The notes beneath the pieces were generated by a model that was not told where the DNA came from, made no database searches, and worked only from the letters and a program-made list of their open reading frames with translations. Below, one piece after another: positions 19,781 through 30,481 of a stretch of 64,000 nt of DNA; position 1 is the stretch's first letter, and each line of letters begins with the position of its first letter. The stretch is taken from assembly GCA_052035405.1 (NCBI GenBank), contig JBPOHQ010000004.1, positions 6,687 through 70,686 on the forward strand, in the 5' to 3' direction. Origin of the DNA: Candidatus Nomurabacteria bacterium. GTDB taxonomy: Bacteria; Patescibacteriota; Minisyncoccia; Phycocordibacterales; UBA9973. The position numbers and the translations under genes are program-made.

Positions 19781-19826
19781 AATAAAAAACACCTTCCCTT
19801 TAATGCTGGCTGAGGTGTTTTTTATT
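19781..19826. terminator. Bidirectional terminator
   Basis: AATAAAAAACACCT...AGGTGTTTTTTATT between convergent units. Confidence 0.7.
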
Positions 19827-19983
19827 TAGAAATTTATTTATTTTATCTTTGTAAGAATTTAATATCAGAGTCGTCATCATATGTGTAGTTGTACTGAATT
19901 ACTTGAATATACTTTTAATATTGATTGAAATGGATACTGATACACTAAAAATACGCCCCTATTGCTGTGGCGATTTTTAGTTT

Positions 19984-20322
19984 TTATATGGAATATAACT
20001 CCCCTTTTATTTTTTCTAATTTTTCTATAATTTCTGGATCTGTAATTTTTGTAAATCTTTTAAAAGTTATTCCATCTTTTGTCACGTCGCCCATCCACAT
20101 CTCAAGTGGTCGAAGGTCAAAAAGTTTACCATTTTTATAAACAAAAGCTTCAGGATATAGGGGTCGATATACCACCATACTTGCATCCTCAGGTCTGCAG
20201 TCGTCTTCGGTGTGAAGTCCGACTCCGACCACTTCGTAAGCGTAGTCTGTAATTCCCTTTGCGTCGTCGTGTTTGTAATGATAATAAAATCCTTTCTCTG
20301 GAACTTTTTCTGGTACTTTCAT
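19984..20322 (-). CDS. DUF1653-like protein
   Basis: Y.HYK, YEV.GV..HTE, VVYR.LY, RPLEM. Confidence 0.8.
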   Translation of the reverse strand: MKVPEKVPEKGFYYHYKHDDAKGITDYAYEVVGVGLHTEDDCRPEDASMVVYRPLYPEAFVYKNGKLFDLRPLEMWMGDVTKDGITFKRFTKITDPEIIEKLEKIKGELYSI

Positions 20323-20341
20323 ATTTTTATTTAATTAATTT

Positions 20342-20791
20342 TTATAATTTCTGACATGAAGTTGATAAAGAGTACCCAGCTTTCTCTGCTTGTTCACTGG
20401 TATCAAAATAGATTCTATTTTGTGTCTTAATACTTTTTCCTGCTGAACAACCTGTAGGATAGTACTTCTTCCCTCTTTTAGATGCAAAAAATTGCTTCAT
20501 GCTTGCAAGTGATACTTGAGTGCTAAGTTCTGGATTTTCTGCTAAAAATTCTGCTGGAGTTCGGGTATTCTCTTCACTCGCAGAGCTTGTATTTAAGCCT
20601 AAAACACTGTTTTCTGACGCTTTTAAAGCGTTTGCACTCTGAGCCTCGTATTGAATACGAATACCCTTATTTTCGTCATTTTTAGACAATCTACCTAGTC
20701 CAAAGGAGGCTAGTCCCACTAAAAGGACTATCAAAACGATAAATACATCTTTCCCCTGCTCACTTTCGATAAAACGCTTGATTTTTTCCAT
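20342..20791 (-). CDS. Membrane-anchored protein with C-terminal Ada-like metal-binding domain
   Basis: TM; ASK.GKKYY...C......N.IYF....AEKAGY. Confidence 0.75.
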   Translation of the reverse strand: MEKIKRFIESEQGKDVFIVLIVLLVGLASFGLGRLSKNDENKGIRIQYEAQSANALKASENSVLGLNTSSASEENTRTPAEFLAENPELSTQVSLASMKQFFASKRGKKYYPTGCSAGKSIKTQNRIYFDTSEQAEKAGYSLSTSCQKL

Positions 20792-20871
20792 TATATTGTA
20801 TATAATCCTCTTACGTTTAAATTCGTATCAATTTATAGATAAATTTTAACATTAAATAAGACTAAAACAAT

Positions 20872-21144
20872 ATGGCACATAGAAAAGCCGGCGGAACCGC
20901 CAAAAACTTAAGAGACTCAAATCCAAAGTACCTTGGTACTAAGCTCACTCATGGACAAGATGCTCAACCTGGATCAGTCATCATCAGACAAAGAGGAACA
21001 AAGATCTTAGCTGGTGCAAACGTTGGTATGGGTAAGGATCACACTCTCTATGCGTTAAAATCTGGAAAGGTTGCATTCAGCTCAAAACGAAAAACTTCTT
21101 TCAATGGTAAGACCATGGTAAAGAAAGTAGTAAACGTAAAATAA
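20872..21144 (+). CDS. rpmA: 50S ribosomal protein L27
   Basis: [25 protein letters not shown]. Confidence 0.98.
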   Translation: MAHRKAGGTAKNLRDSNPKYLGTKLTHGQDAQPGSVIIRQRGTKILAGANVGMGKDHTLYALKSGKVAFSSKRKTSFNGKTMVKKVVNVK

Positions 21145-21154
21145 AAATTCTAAA

Positions 21155-21189
21155 TAAAAAATCCCTCAATAACTGAGGGATTTTTTATT
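21155..21189. terminator. Bidirectional terminator
   Basis: AAAAAATCCCTCA-ATAAC-TGAGGGATTTTTT. Confidence 0.85.
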
Positions 21190-21197
21190 GTTGAGTC

Positions 21198-21752
21198 TTA
21201 TTGTGTAGGCTTCTTTTTTCGCAGTATAAAATATAGAACCATAGAGAGTAGTAATGAATAGTTGATGATCATATAGTATGGATTACCCCAAGATACTCCA
21301 TGTAAAAATTTCCAATCAGACAGTGGAAAGAATAATGGTGTTGGGTAGAACTCTGCAGTATGAGAAAAGATATCTATGAGTATATGGAGTGCCCAGCCAA
21401 GAAGTTCTAATCTTGGTCGTTTGAAGTAAATCCATGTAAGTATAAAAATAGTGAGAAATATAACCAAGCTATGACTGTACTGATAGAGTGTTGGTGCAAG
21501 CTCAAACGCAGATCCTACGGCTCCAGAACTCGCAACACTATGTGGCCCTCTGAATTGAGTAAGGTTGACCCCTTGAAAAATAACCCCATAAAATAAAGCT
21601 ATAAAGGGTATCGTAAAAGCAAAAAAGTCCGGAAAAACTCCCCAGAAAGCAGTCCAGCTTGGAGAAATTTTTGGTTTAGATTCTACTTCAAACTTATCAT
21701 TTAATTTTTTAGCTCCGGCTCCTGCCCAGAGTGCGTGTGCGAATATATCCAT
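21198..21752 (-). CDS. Membrane metal-dependent hydrolase (YdjM-like)
   Basis: MD..AH, FPD, SHS, LHILID. Confidence 0.8.
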   Translation of the reverse strand: MDIFAHALWAGAGAKKLNDKFEVESKPKISPSWTAFWGVFPDFFAFTIPFIALFYGVIFQGVNLTQFRGPHSVASSGAVGSAFELAPTLYQYSHSLVIFLTIFILTWIYFKRPRLELLGWALHILIDIFSHTAEFYPTPLFFPLSDWKFLHGVSWGNPYYMIINYSLLLSMVLYFILRKKKPTQ

Positions 21753-21756
21753 ATTG

Positions 21757-22200
21757 CTACAGAGCTTTTACTATTAGCGTAAAAGATGATTTCTTGCCTT
21801 TTATTTCTACTGGAATTATGAATTCCCCCACCTCTTTTATTGGTTTTTCTAAGGTTATGAATTCTTCACTTATTTCAGCATGATGCTCTGCCTGCATGGC
21901 TTCAAGAATTTCTTTTTTGTGAATTGCCTTAAAGAGACTTCCCTTTTCGTTTGCTTTACCTGTAATACTGACTACTTTGCCTTTGATTGCTTCTAAATTC
22001 TTGTTTAATAGTTCTTCTTGGACTTGTCTCTCTACAACAATTTCTTTCTTTTTAATTTCAAGTTCCTTTTCGGCTTGTACTGTAGCAAGAACTGCTAATT
22101 TATTAGGAAAAAGAAAATTCAAGGCATAGCCGTCGTTCACATTCTTCATTTCATGTTTTCGTCCTACTCGAGGTACGTCTTTTATAAATATAACTTTCAT
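21757..22200 (-). CDS. rplI: 50S ribosomal protein L9
   Basis: MKVI..KDV..VG, V.DGYA.NFL.P, GSLF. Confidence 0.97.
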   Translation of the reverse strand: MKVIFIKDVPRVGRKHEMKNVNDGYALNFLFPNKLAVLATVQAEKELEIKKKEIVVERQVQEELLNKNLEAIKGKVVSITGKANEKGSLFKAIHKKEILEAMQAEHHAEISEEFITLEKPIKEVGEFIIPVEIKGKKSSFTLIVKAL

Positions 22201-22209
22201 ACTGGTATC

Positions 22210-23436
22210 TTACTGCCAATTCATTAATAATTCAATAGCTTTATCTTGCTGAGGATCTTTCTTTGCTTCTGCGTCCTTTCTTGTAAAAGGAACCACATAA
22301 TCTGGAGTCAATCCTTTCTCTGAGATAGATTGTCCTTTGGGAGTAAGCCATTTTGCAACGGTTATCTTAAGAATAGTATCAGGAGTAATATCAACTACTT
22401 CTTGTACTGTTCCTTTACCAAAACTTTGTTCTCCGACAAGTTTCGCACGATTGTAGTCCTGCATTGCTCCTGCGAGAATTTCAGATGCACTTGCTGAACC
22501 ACCATCTATTAAAATTACAAATCTCAAAGAGTCATTGAATACGTTATATCCAGCACTCCTGTATTTACTCTCCTTTGTGTTGTTTCCATAGTCTTCTATG
22601 ACAACAGTCTTACCACTTGGCAAGAACCAAGAGGCCATATCAACGGCTGCATCAAGATATCCTCCTGGATTACCCCGCAGATCAAGCAAGAGTTTGTCGC
22701 TTTTTGATTCTGCAAATTTTCTAATTGCTCCACGGAAAAGCTCAGCTGAATTTGCTGAGAAGCTGTAAAGCTTAATAACAAAAATACCATCACTTCTTAA
22801 TTCAGTATCGAGGGTAGGTACATTAATGACATCTCTTACAATACTAATTTCTTTTGGTTCGGTATCCCCTTCACGGAATATAGTTAATTTTACAGTAGTA
22901 CCTTTTTCACCACGGATTAATTTAATTGCCTTCTCTATGGACATATCTTCTGTGGTTGTGCCATCAATTTTTAGAATTTTATCTCCAGACTTCATGCCTG
23001 CTTTATAGGCTGGTGTATCTTTAAGTGGAGCAATGACCGTTAAAATTTTTTCTTTAATTCCGACTTCCATTCCTGCACCAGTAAAATTTCCAGCTATATC
23101 ATCTTCAAAGAGTTGTTTCTCGTCTGGTTTAAAGAAAACGCTATAAGGATCATTTAGAGAATTTACGAGGCCTGAAATGGCTCCGTATAGTTTATCTTGA
23201 TCACTAACATTCTTCGCACTAGGATTTTTTTCGTTGATAGTGTTCCAGACTTTCCAGAATGTACTGAAATCGGCGTCTGTGTGAGATGCACTTTCTCCTC
23301 CAGGTAATGCTGGAGTGCTGTCTATGATATTTTCTTTATTTTTTCCAAAGTAAAATCCAGCCCCAAAAAATACAACCAACAAGACAACGATAGCTACATT
23401 TTTTTTAATTGTTGTTGTGAAATCTTTTTGATTCAT
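22210..23436 (-). CDS. ctpA: S41 carboxy-terminal protease (PDZ)
   Basis: DLRGNPGGYL, SASASEI, SFGKGTVQ; start probably MNQKDF at 23436. Confidence 0.93.
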   Translation of the reverse strand: MNQKDFTTTIKKNVAIVVLLVVFFGAGFYFGKNKENIIDSTPALPGGESASHTDADFSTFWKVWNTINEKNPSAKNVSDQDKLYGAISGLVNSLNDPYSVFFKPDEKQLFEDDIAGNFTGAGMEVGIKEKILTVIAPLKDTPAYKAGMKSGDKILKIDGTTTEDMSIEKAIKLIRGEKGTTVKLTIFREGDTEPKEISIVRDVINVPTLDTELRSDGIFVIKLYSFSANSAELFRGAIRKFAESKSDKLLLDLRGNPGGYLDAAVDMASWFLPSGKTVVIEDYGNNTKESKYRSAGYNVFNDSLRFVILIDGGSASASEILAGAMQDYNRAKLVGEQSFGKGTVQEVVDITPDTILKITVAKWLTPKGQSISEKGLTPDYVVPFTRKDAEAKKDPQQDKAIELLMNWQ

Positions 23437-23446
23437 ATTTATAAAC

Positions 23447-23725
23447 TTAAAATTGCTCAGGTTCTTGTGCAAACTGCTCGTTTACCTCAGGTCTAACCTT
23501 CCTTATTTCTTTTATTTTTGGAGGCATGCTTTCTGAAAAATTGTCGTATTTTCTTGCAGGGTGTGTTTTTTTAAATCTTGTTTCTTTGTATACTACAAAA
23601 CTTATATATACAATAAAAAGACCAGTAATACTGAATAAAATACTTTTCAATCCATATGGAAATCCTAAATAAGGAAGAATCGCTACCCAAATACCTATAA
23701 TTAAAAGTAATCTTGCTTTTAGCAT
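23447..23725 (-). CDS. Small 2-TM hypothetical protein
   Basis: LLLIIGIWVAILPYLGFP... Confidence 0.75.
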   Translation of the reverse strand: MLKARLLLIIGIWVAILPYLGFPYGLKSILFSITGLFIVYISFVVYKETRFKKTHPARKYDNFSESMPPKIKEIRKVRPEVNEQFAQEPEQF

Positions 23726-23750
23726 TTAGACATTATACTAGAGAAGCAAC

Positions 23751-24806
23751 CTAATTTGCAATGAAGGTGCTATTTGTATTATCTAAAGGCAGTTCTATTT
23801 TTAAATCAAAAACTTGTATATTAAAGAATAGTAAGATTACGATGGCACCCATTAACGCAAGTCCTCTTACCATTATGATTGGATGTTGTATTTCAGATTT
23901 AATAAAGAAAGTAATCAACAGGACTAACGTAAGAATAAGAGCAATAAATCCATACACATAAGCAACAGATTTTCTTGGAGTTGTTGCTGCGTCTTGGAAG
24001 AACAGTTTTGTATCAGAAGTTTTTTGCACTTCTATCTTTTTTATTGGAGTAGCAGGTATCACCTCTGTTTTGGCTACTTTCTTTGTATTCTTTAAGACTG
24101 GTGCTTCTTCTCCCAAAACTTTATTTTCTGAAGGTGTTACTACTGTTGGTGGAGTTTGTTTTACAACTGTCGGTGCATTCACTACTGGAGTAGATTTTGG
24201 TTCTTCGGTTTTTTTCGTCACTATCGCTGGAGCAGGCCTTGGTGTTCCAAAGAACTGGACGACGAAAACGGTATTTCTTCCTTCGTACATACCACTTGCT
24301 ACCGCTATACCTATCTCCGTGTAATCTTTCTTTACTATGTTTGCTCTATGGCTTGGAGAATTCATCCAAGCTTGGGCTACTTCGTCAGATTCAAAGAAGT
24401 TTACTGCAAGGTTTTCTCCTGCATAGCTATATTTGTAGCCTACTTGTTCAAGCCAATACCAAGGAGTTTTACCGTCTGGGGTATTGTGTGAGAAATATCC
24501 ACGAGCGGCCATATCATTTGCTTTGAGTTGAGCCGCTTGTGTCAGTAAATTATTTTCTTTTAAGTCAGGCAGGCTATTGCTCTCTCTCTGGTTGTTGGTC
24601 AGGCTCGTTAGCACTCCAGGTAACACTGAGGCTAAAAATTTTGTCTTGTCAAATACAATAAATACTTGAGCCAGAAAAGCGAGTTCTACAATAATAATAA
24701 TCAAGAAAAAAACGAGCATGGATTCATGCCGGAGTAAATGAGGCTTGTATTCGTTGCCCTTGTGTGGGACAAAATGATTTTTTATATGTCTAAAAAACCT
24801 ATTCAT
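23751..24806 (-). CDS. CAP/SCP domain membrane protein
   Basis: LTN..R, YFSH..PDG, GENLA, WMNSPSHRANI. Confidence 0.92.
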   Translation of the reverse strand: MNRFFRHIKNHFVPHKGNEYKPHLLRHESMLVFFLIIIIVELAFLAQVFIVFDKTKFLASVLPGVLTSLTNNQRESNSLPDLKENNLLTQAAQLKANDMAARGYFSHNTPDGKTPWYWLEQVGYKYSYAGENLAVNFFESDEVAQAWMNSPSHRANIVKKDYTEIGIAVASGMYEGRNTVFVVQFFGTPRPAPAIVTKKTEEPKSTPVVNAPTVVKQTPPTVVTPSENKVLGEEAPVLKNTKKVAKTEVIPATPIKKIEVQKTSDTKLFFQDAATTPRKSVAYVYGFIALILTLVLLITFFIKSEIQHPIIMVRGLALMGAIVILLFFNIQVFDLKIELPLDNTNSTFIAN

Positions 24807-24831
24807 ATATGTTGTATATTATATAACAAAT

Positions 24832-24861
24832 AAAATACACCGTCAATAAACGGTGTATTTT
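24832..24861 (-). terminator. Intrinsic terminator after the surface protein gene
   Basis: AAAATACACCGT-CAATAA-ACGGTGTATTTT. Confidence 0.75.
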
Positions 24862-24886
24862 AGATTCAGCTATATTCCGTAAGCTG

Positions 24887-27800
24887 TTAAGGAAGCTGAG
24901 GAATAGGAAGATTTAAATCAGCGCACTTAATGAGATTTATCTTTCTTTTTGTTGTCTTGTATACATTTCCTGTTCCCTTCTCGCTCTTGAGTCCAAAAGG
25001 TTTCCAAGGGATAAGCACTTCGTCTAAGTATTTTACCTGGAAAGCTTTAACTGCATCACGAGTAGTCTTGCCATACACTCCGTCCACAGTAAGTGTGAGT
25101 CCTAGATGTTCATTTAAGAAAGATTGTAACAACTTAACTTGCTCTGGATTATTTTTTCTTCCAAAGAATAAATAGTCATTTAAGTAGATAGTGCTACACA
25201 TTGTTGTACTTGCACCAAGGACCTGTCCCGCTTCTTTCTTTTCTTCTACAGGGGCTTCAGTAGACGCACCAAGTACTTGAGGAGTACCGCTACCTAATCC
25301 ACTACTTCCTGAACCTGGAGTAGGTATTACATAATCATAATTTATGAAAGTACATATTTTTGTTTCACCTGCTGCAATGACCACATTAGAACAACCTTCG
25401 TTTGAAATTTGATAGTATCCATCTGCTAGGTTTTCAGTGATTGTGTATGTACCTGGTTGTACGGTCACTGTATTTTGTCCTGTAAGAGAATTTTCATCTT
25501 CGTCAGTATCCAAGAATGGAGTTGAACCTTCTTGGCCAGTTACAGTGAATGAAAAATCTGTTGCATTTTTTGTTCCTCCTTCATCATTTACAACAACTTT
25601 CCTTACAATAATAGTAGCGACTTCTTGTGCAATGACATCATCACAATCTTCATTTACAACAATAATATATTGATCTGTAGTGAAGTTGGTAAGTACAGGT
25701 GCTACGGAAGAAGTTTCCATAAGTAAAGCTGAATTTAATGAACCACCTGATTTATAACCAACAAGTCTGTATGTGTTCGGCATGCATTGTGCACCAACAG
25801 GTAGAACGTAGGCAACATCGTTTTCTTCAACAGAAGTTCTTTCGTATGTGGTGTATGAAACAACAGGAGCAGTCATGGCTGTAGTGTCAGCAGCGTATTT
25901 GAGAGTTTCTTGACCATGATAATTTCCTAAAACATAATTTCCTGTACCCTCTCCTCCTAGATTACTTGCATTCCAAGAAGCTGTCATAGGGAAAGGAGTG
26001 ATACTAGATTCATTTGAAACTTGAGATAAAGATTCTACTCCTTTGAGGTATTTTAGAACATGAACCTTTACTTGGGTTGGTTCCGGAGTTACACATTCAT
26101 TTTGGTGAATTGTAAGTTTGTAGAGTAATCCAGCTGGGTTTACTCCGGTGTAACCTTCAGGTTTTGATTGATTAGTAACTGTAAATGTAATTATATTTGT
26201 TCCACTTACTAATATTGAAGCTGGGACTGTCCAACTATCTACACTTGTAAAGTTATCTGAATCTGTTCCTGAGGTAAGTGTGTCTAGAGTAGTTCCATTT
26301 ACTACTACAGTATAAGTATTATCAGCTGCAACTTCTAAAGTTGAATCAAGCGGTGTGCCTGTTATTGTGAAATTTTTACTAAATACTTTTGTTCCAATTG
26401 ATGCAGACAAAACATTGTCTCCATCTAATGCTGAGGCATCACTCCAGATCCAAGTAGCTCCTTCGATTGATACGTATGCTGGGTGAGGTTCTATCGCTAG
26501 AGCATCGTGTTCATCTACCTGTGTCATTGTATTACTAACTACAGTTGTAGTAGCGTCTTCGGCACACATAGGTTCTGGAGTATTGTCGATTGTTATTTTC
26601 CATGGAGTAGTCCAACTACTTGAATTCATGGCAGAATCAAGAGCTTTTACGTGCCAGTAATATACACCTTCAGGTGTTCCTGGAGTTGGTATTTCTGAAG
26701 TTGAAAGAGGAACAGAAGTATATACAGGAGTTGTAAATGAACCATCTATATTAGTATCCATTCCATTTGAGGCTTGATATATATAAGAAATAGGTAAAGC
26801 CCAATTTACAACATCACTCCAGTCAATTAAAGTTTGTTCTGCGGTAGTTCGTGTACTATTGTCTGCTGGAGAAACATGTACCGGTAATGGAACACAAGTT
26901 CTATTCCAAACAATTATAAATTTATCACTTGTTAAGTCTGTGAAAGCAGGTACAGTAAGACTTTTTGTTCCAGCAACAGCTTCTTCTAAAGTATTACCAA
27001 TGCTGTATCCAGATAAAACATAAGGAGATTCTGTAGTACAACTTGTTGCCACATCTTCGTACGTACTGTAGTCTGCACCAGTGGTCATATCTGATGTTGT
27101 TGCTTGATAAGGATTAGGGTTATTAAAACCAGTAGAGCTGAGAGTGTAATTACCAGAACCTGTACCAATATTTTCAGCACTCCAAGAAGCTACCATAGGG
27201 AAAGAAGCGTTACTGGTGTTTTCCGCAGTTGCTGGGATGTCGTTTATATATTTAGCAATTGTAACTTTTACAAAAGCAGGTAGTGGTGCTGGTTCAAAAT
27301 CGTATGTGGTAATGAGACTGTCTGTGTTGACAATAACATTGTCAAAATACCCATCAAGACCTAGGTCGCTTGCAGATGTATCTCCTAAGTTCAATGCAAA
27401 TGCACGAATGTTTGATCCTGCACTTAATGTATTCATGTCAGCTGGAACAGAAGGACATGTAAATGGTGAAGCATTTCCACCAGCTCGAGTAGTTACTGGA
27501 TATGACATGGTTGGATCAAAGGTAACTGTAGTAAAGCCACCAGTTGAACCTATTGTTGGAACAATATTGTATCGACAGTCGTAATATTTTAAATCGTCAG
27601 ATACCCCAAAGTTCGCGTATACATTCATATAAAACTGTTCTTCTTCTGTGTCTACACCTCCAGCACCAATTTTAAAATCATAAGAAATAGAATTGATATC
27701 TGAGATAGGAGTATTTAAGAAATTTTCTGCAACCATTTTATCAGAAGGATTTGAGCCGATAGGTAAAACGTTCAAGCTACCAGTTCCAATACTTGCTGCA

Positions 27801-28474
27801 TTAGTATTAAAAGTAAAAGGAGTTGAAGTTGAAAGATCTCGATTAAACATCCAGCCAGGTTGATTCTCTCCAGCTGCGGTATTGCCTGTAACTACTACTG
27901 TTGTAGTAGGAGTAGGAAGTGTGTATGTAACAACTGCTTCAATAGCACCTACGCGAACAATATTACCCGTGCCAATTTTTAAGACTCCTATTTCTAAAGT
28001 GGTTGTACCAGATTTTACGGTGTCAGCAACATTGATAGTTTGGGTTTTAGCTGAACTGCATGTCGTAAGAGGAATTACTGGTAAGTTAGTAGATGTTAAG
28101 TTGACTCCGTTATCAGTATTTACTCCGTTTAAACGAGTAAAAGTTCTGTAAGTACCACCGTTGTTAAACACTCCACTTCGATCATGAGTAGTTACATCGA
28201 CTGATGTAATAGTACTACCGTCTGGGATAGAAGATAAGTCTAAAGTAAAAGATTGTCGGGTATTCCCTACTCCACTGATTACAGAATCAGTGGCACTGCA
28301 ATTAAAATTGCTTGTTTCATCTACATCTACTTTTGAACCAGTCCAAGCTGTGTATGTTCCATTTGCTATAACATTCAATGTGCTTGTTGTAGCAGCTGAT
28401 GCTCGACTTGGAGTAAAAGAAAACATTCCAAAAACCATTACAAAAACCAAAAAGCCAGAGAGATATTTCTTCAT
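24887..28474 (-). CDS. 1195-aa secreted multi-beta-domain surface protein with C-terminal peptidoglycan-binding domain
   Basis: Signal peptide; Thr-rich Ig/FN3-like segments; V..LQ.FLN...DGVYG..T..AVKAFQ. Confidence 0.85.
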   Translation of the reverse strand: MKKYLSGFLVFVMVFGMFSFTPSRASAATTSTLNVIANGTYTAWTGSKVDVDETSNFNCSATDSVISGVGNTRQSFTLDLSSIPDGSTITSVDVTTHDRSGVFNNGGTYRTFTRLNGVNTDNGVNLTSTNLPVIPLTTCSSAKTQTINVADTVKSGTTTLEIGVLKIGTGNIVRVGAIEAVVTYTLPTPTTTVVVTGNTAAGENQPGWMFNRDLSTSTPFTFNTNAASIGTGSLNVLPIGSNPSDKMVAENFLNTPISDINSISYDFKIGAGGVDTEEEQFYMNVYANFGVSDDLKYYDCRYNIVPTIGSTGGFTTVTFDPTMSYPVTTRAGGNASPFTCPSVPADMNTLSAGSNIRAFALNLGDTSASDLGLDGYFDNVIVNTDSLITTYDFEPAPLPAFVKVTIAKYINDIPATAENTSNASFPMVASWSAENIGTGSGNYTLSSTGFNNPNPYQATTSDMTTGADYSTYEDVATSCTTESPYVLSGYSIGNTLEEAVAGTKSLTVPAFTDLTSDKFIIVWNRTCVPLPVHVSPADNSTRTTAEQTLIDWSDVVNWALPISYIYQASNGMDTNIDGSFTTPVYTSVPLSTSEIPTPGTPEGVYYWHVKALDSAMNSSSWTTPWKITIDNTPEPMCAEDATTTVVSNTMTQVDEHDALAIEPHPAYVSIEGATWIWSDASALDGDNVLSASIGTKVFSKNFTITGTPLDSTLEVAADNTYTVVVNGTTLDTLTSGTDSDNFTSVDSWTVPASILVSGTNIITFTVTNQSKPEGYTGVNPAGLLYKLTIHQNECVTPEPTQVKVHVLKYLKGVESLSQVSNESSITPFPMTASWNASNLGGEGTGNYVLGNYHGQETLKYAADTTAMTAPVVSYTTYERTSVEENDVAYVLPVGAQCMPNTYRLVGYKSGGSLNSALLMETSSVAPVLTNFTTDQYIIVVNEDCDDVIAQEVATIIVRKVVVNDEGGTKNATDFSFTVTGQEGSTPFLDTDEDENSLTGQNTVTVQPGTYTITENLADGYYQISNEGCSNVVIAAGETKICTFINYDYVIPTPGSGSSGLGSGTPQVLGASTEAPVEEKKEAGQVLGASTTMCSTIYLNDYLFFGRKNNPEQVKLLQSFLNEHLGLTLTVDGVYGKTTRDAVKAFQVKYLDEVLIPWKPFGLKSEKGTGNVYKTTKRKINLIKCADLNLPIPQLP

Positions 28475-28615
28475 AAAAAATTCAACTAAATAATTTAATA
28501 CTTACTAATAATAAATAATACAAAAACTCAAAAAACTCCGTAATTACCTTTACAGTAGCATACTTAGAGATATAGTCAATAAAAACTAGGGATAGCTAAA
28601 TCTGTGTTTTTTGTC

Positions 28616-30481
28616 TTATCTAACCTCTAAAATATCAGTTATTGGAGTTGTAGGAAGTTGGATTTCTGGGGTCTCTCTGACGGGTGGAAGCTCCACTTTT
28701 TCTGCTTCCTTCTTATCTCTTTTTGGTAAGTCAAAATATTCTGGAGTCTCCCAATACATCCAGTCAAAAAGCCCTCGCATGATAGTAGACGCTCCGACAG
28801 TACCCACAGCAGGTCCTGCTTCCATAAGGACAATAAAAGCATATTTAGGGTTTTCGTATGGGAAAAATCCTATTACCCAAGAGTTTACTTTATTTTTATT
28901 TACTCCAAGCTGAGCAGTACCTGTTTTTGCTGCAGCTTTGACGTAAGGTACGTCTATAGCTTTAGCAGTACCTTCTGTTACTGTCATTCGCATACCTTCA
29001 CGTATAATCTGGAAATCTTCTTTTTTAAAATCAAGTTGTGATATTTGTTTCTCCTTTTCAGTATCATTAATGAGGAAGTGAGGAGTTCGAAGTACGCCGT
29101 CATTTGCAAGTGCCGCTGTAGCTCGAACCATCTCAAGTGGAGTCACCTGAAAACCATACTGTCCGATAGCAGTATGATACGTATCTCCAATACGCCATGG
29201 ATCGCCTTTAAAGTTTTTGAGCTTCCATTCAGGATTTGGAATATTTCCAGATCGTTCATCAGGAATGTCTACACCTGTCTTTTGTCCGATACCAAACAGT
29301 CGTGAATATTTTTCAATATTCGAGATACCCAAACCTGTTTGTCCTTCAAAACCTCCTCCAATAGTATAAAAGTACACGTCAGAAGAGACCGCAATAGCTT
29401 CACGCATATCTGTCCAACCATGAGCCTTCCAGTCCTTAAAGATTGTAGGTTTTGTTTTGTCGTAAGGGTTTGGTATAGAGATAGATCCAGTTGAGAGGAT
29501 TTGCTTGTTTGGACTGATGATACCTTCTTTTAATGCACCCAGAGCTAGAAATGGCTTGATAATAGAACCTGGAGTATATAATCCAGAAATTGTTTTATCT
29601 AAGAAAACTTTTCTCTTGTCAGTAAGGTATTCATTTATTTTTGGTGTGTCTTTACCTTTGGATAGTACTTCAGAACTATATTCTGGATAACTGGTCGAAG
29701 TAAGAATTTCTCCATTTCGTACGTCCATGATGATTCCTGCCCCACCTTGAAAATTATTCTTATGTGATGCTTCTTCTATGAGAGAATAGAGTTTTTTTTG
29801 AATTCTCGCATCAATGGTTGTATGTAAATCCGTACCTCGTTTTGGTATATTTACAATATTTTCAGAATGTAAGTTACCTCGAGCATCTGTCTCGACTACT
29901 TTTGCACCATTCTCCCCTTTCATAAGGTCTCCGTATTGTTTTTCTAACCCATCTTTACCTATAAACTCTGTTTGCCAATACTTACCAGTACTATCTGTGC
30001 TTGGTGAACTAACGTAGCCTAGTACATGAGAAAATCCAGGAGCAAGGTAGGCTCGGTCTATAATGGTACTTTTTTGTTCGAGAGGATCTACGGGTTCTGT
30101 TGCGAGTGCGAGCAATGATTCGTTTGGCAGAGTCTCTTCTTTTTTATTCCAAGCTAATTCTTGCCCGTTTCTATCATAGATAATACCTCTGTCGGCAAAG
30201 ATAATAACTTTTGTGAGTGTGTTATCTTCGCTTCTTTTATAAAAGGCTTCGCCTTTTTTTATTTGTAAATATGTTAACCTTGTTCCAAACAAAAAAGTCA
30301 TTAGGAAAAATGATAAGCCTAAAACAAGGACAGTTTTTTTTGAGATTGGTTTTTCTATGCGTCCTTCAAATTGTTGACGGTCGAAGTTCTGAAGATTCTT
30401 TGAATCAAGAAATATCTCATCTGGTTCAACGAAGAAATTTGAATTCTTTATTTTATTTTTTCTAAAAAAATATCTTATCAT
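28616..30481 (-). CDS. mrdA: Penicillin-binding protein 2
   Basis: RG.IYDRNG, PGSIIKP, SSD, KTGTAQ; start MIRYFF at 30481. Confidence 0.92.
   Translation of the reverse strand: MIRYFFRKNKIKNSNFFVEPDEIFLDSKNLQNFDRQQFEGRIEKPISKKTVLVLGLSFFLMTFLFGTRLTYLQIKKGEAFYKRSEDNTLTKVIIFADRGIIYDRNGQELAWNKKEETLPNESLLALATEPVDPLEQKSTIIDRAYLAPGFSHVLGYVSSPSTDSTGKYWQTEFIGKDGLEKQYGDLMKGENGAKVVETDARGNLHSENIVNIPKRGTDLHTTIDARIQKKLYSLIEEASHKNNFQGGAGIIMDVRNGEILTSTSYPEYSSEVLSKGKDTPKINEYLTDKRKVFLDKTISGLYTPGSIIKPFLALGALKEGIISPNKQILSTGSISIPNPYDKTKPTIFKDWKAHGWTDMREAIAVSSDVYFYTIGGGFEGQTGLGISNIEKYSRLFGIGQKTGVDIPDERSGNIPNPEWKLKNFKGDPWRIGDTYHTAIGQYGFQVTPLEMVRATAALANDGVLRTPHFLINDTEKEKQISQLDFKKEDFQIIREGMRMTVTEGTAKAIDVPYVKAAAKTGTAQLGVNKNKVNSWVIGFFPYENPKYAFIVLMEAGPAVGTVGASTIMRGLFDWMYWETPEYFDLPKRDKKEAEKVELPPVRETPEIQLPTTPITDILEVR

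Noticed and set aside
19860-19983. Possible small ORF or sRNA in the intergenic gap
   Set aside because: No convincing start context, structure or protein motif.
19700-20000. Gene-strand switch as a replication origin or terminus
   Set aside because: Orientation is mixed later in the window, I saw no DnaA-box cluster or dif-like site here, and skew could not be computed.
21561-21575. AAGG-TTGACC-CCTT mini-palindrome in the hydrolase gene
   Set aside because: A 4-bp stem is expected by chance.
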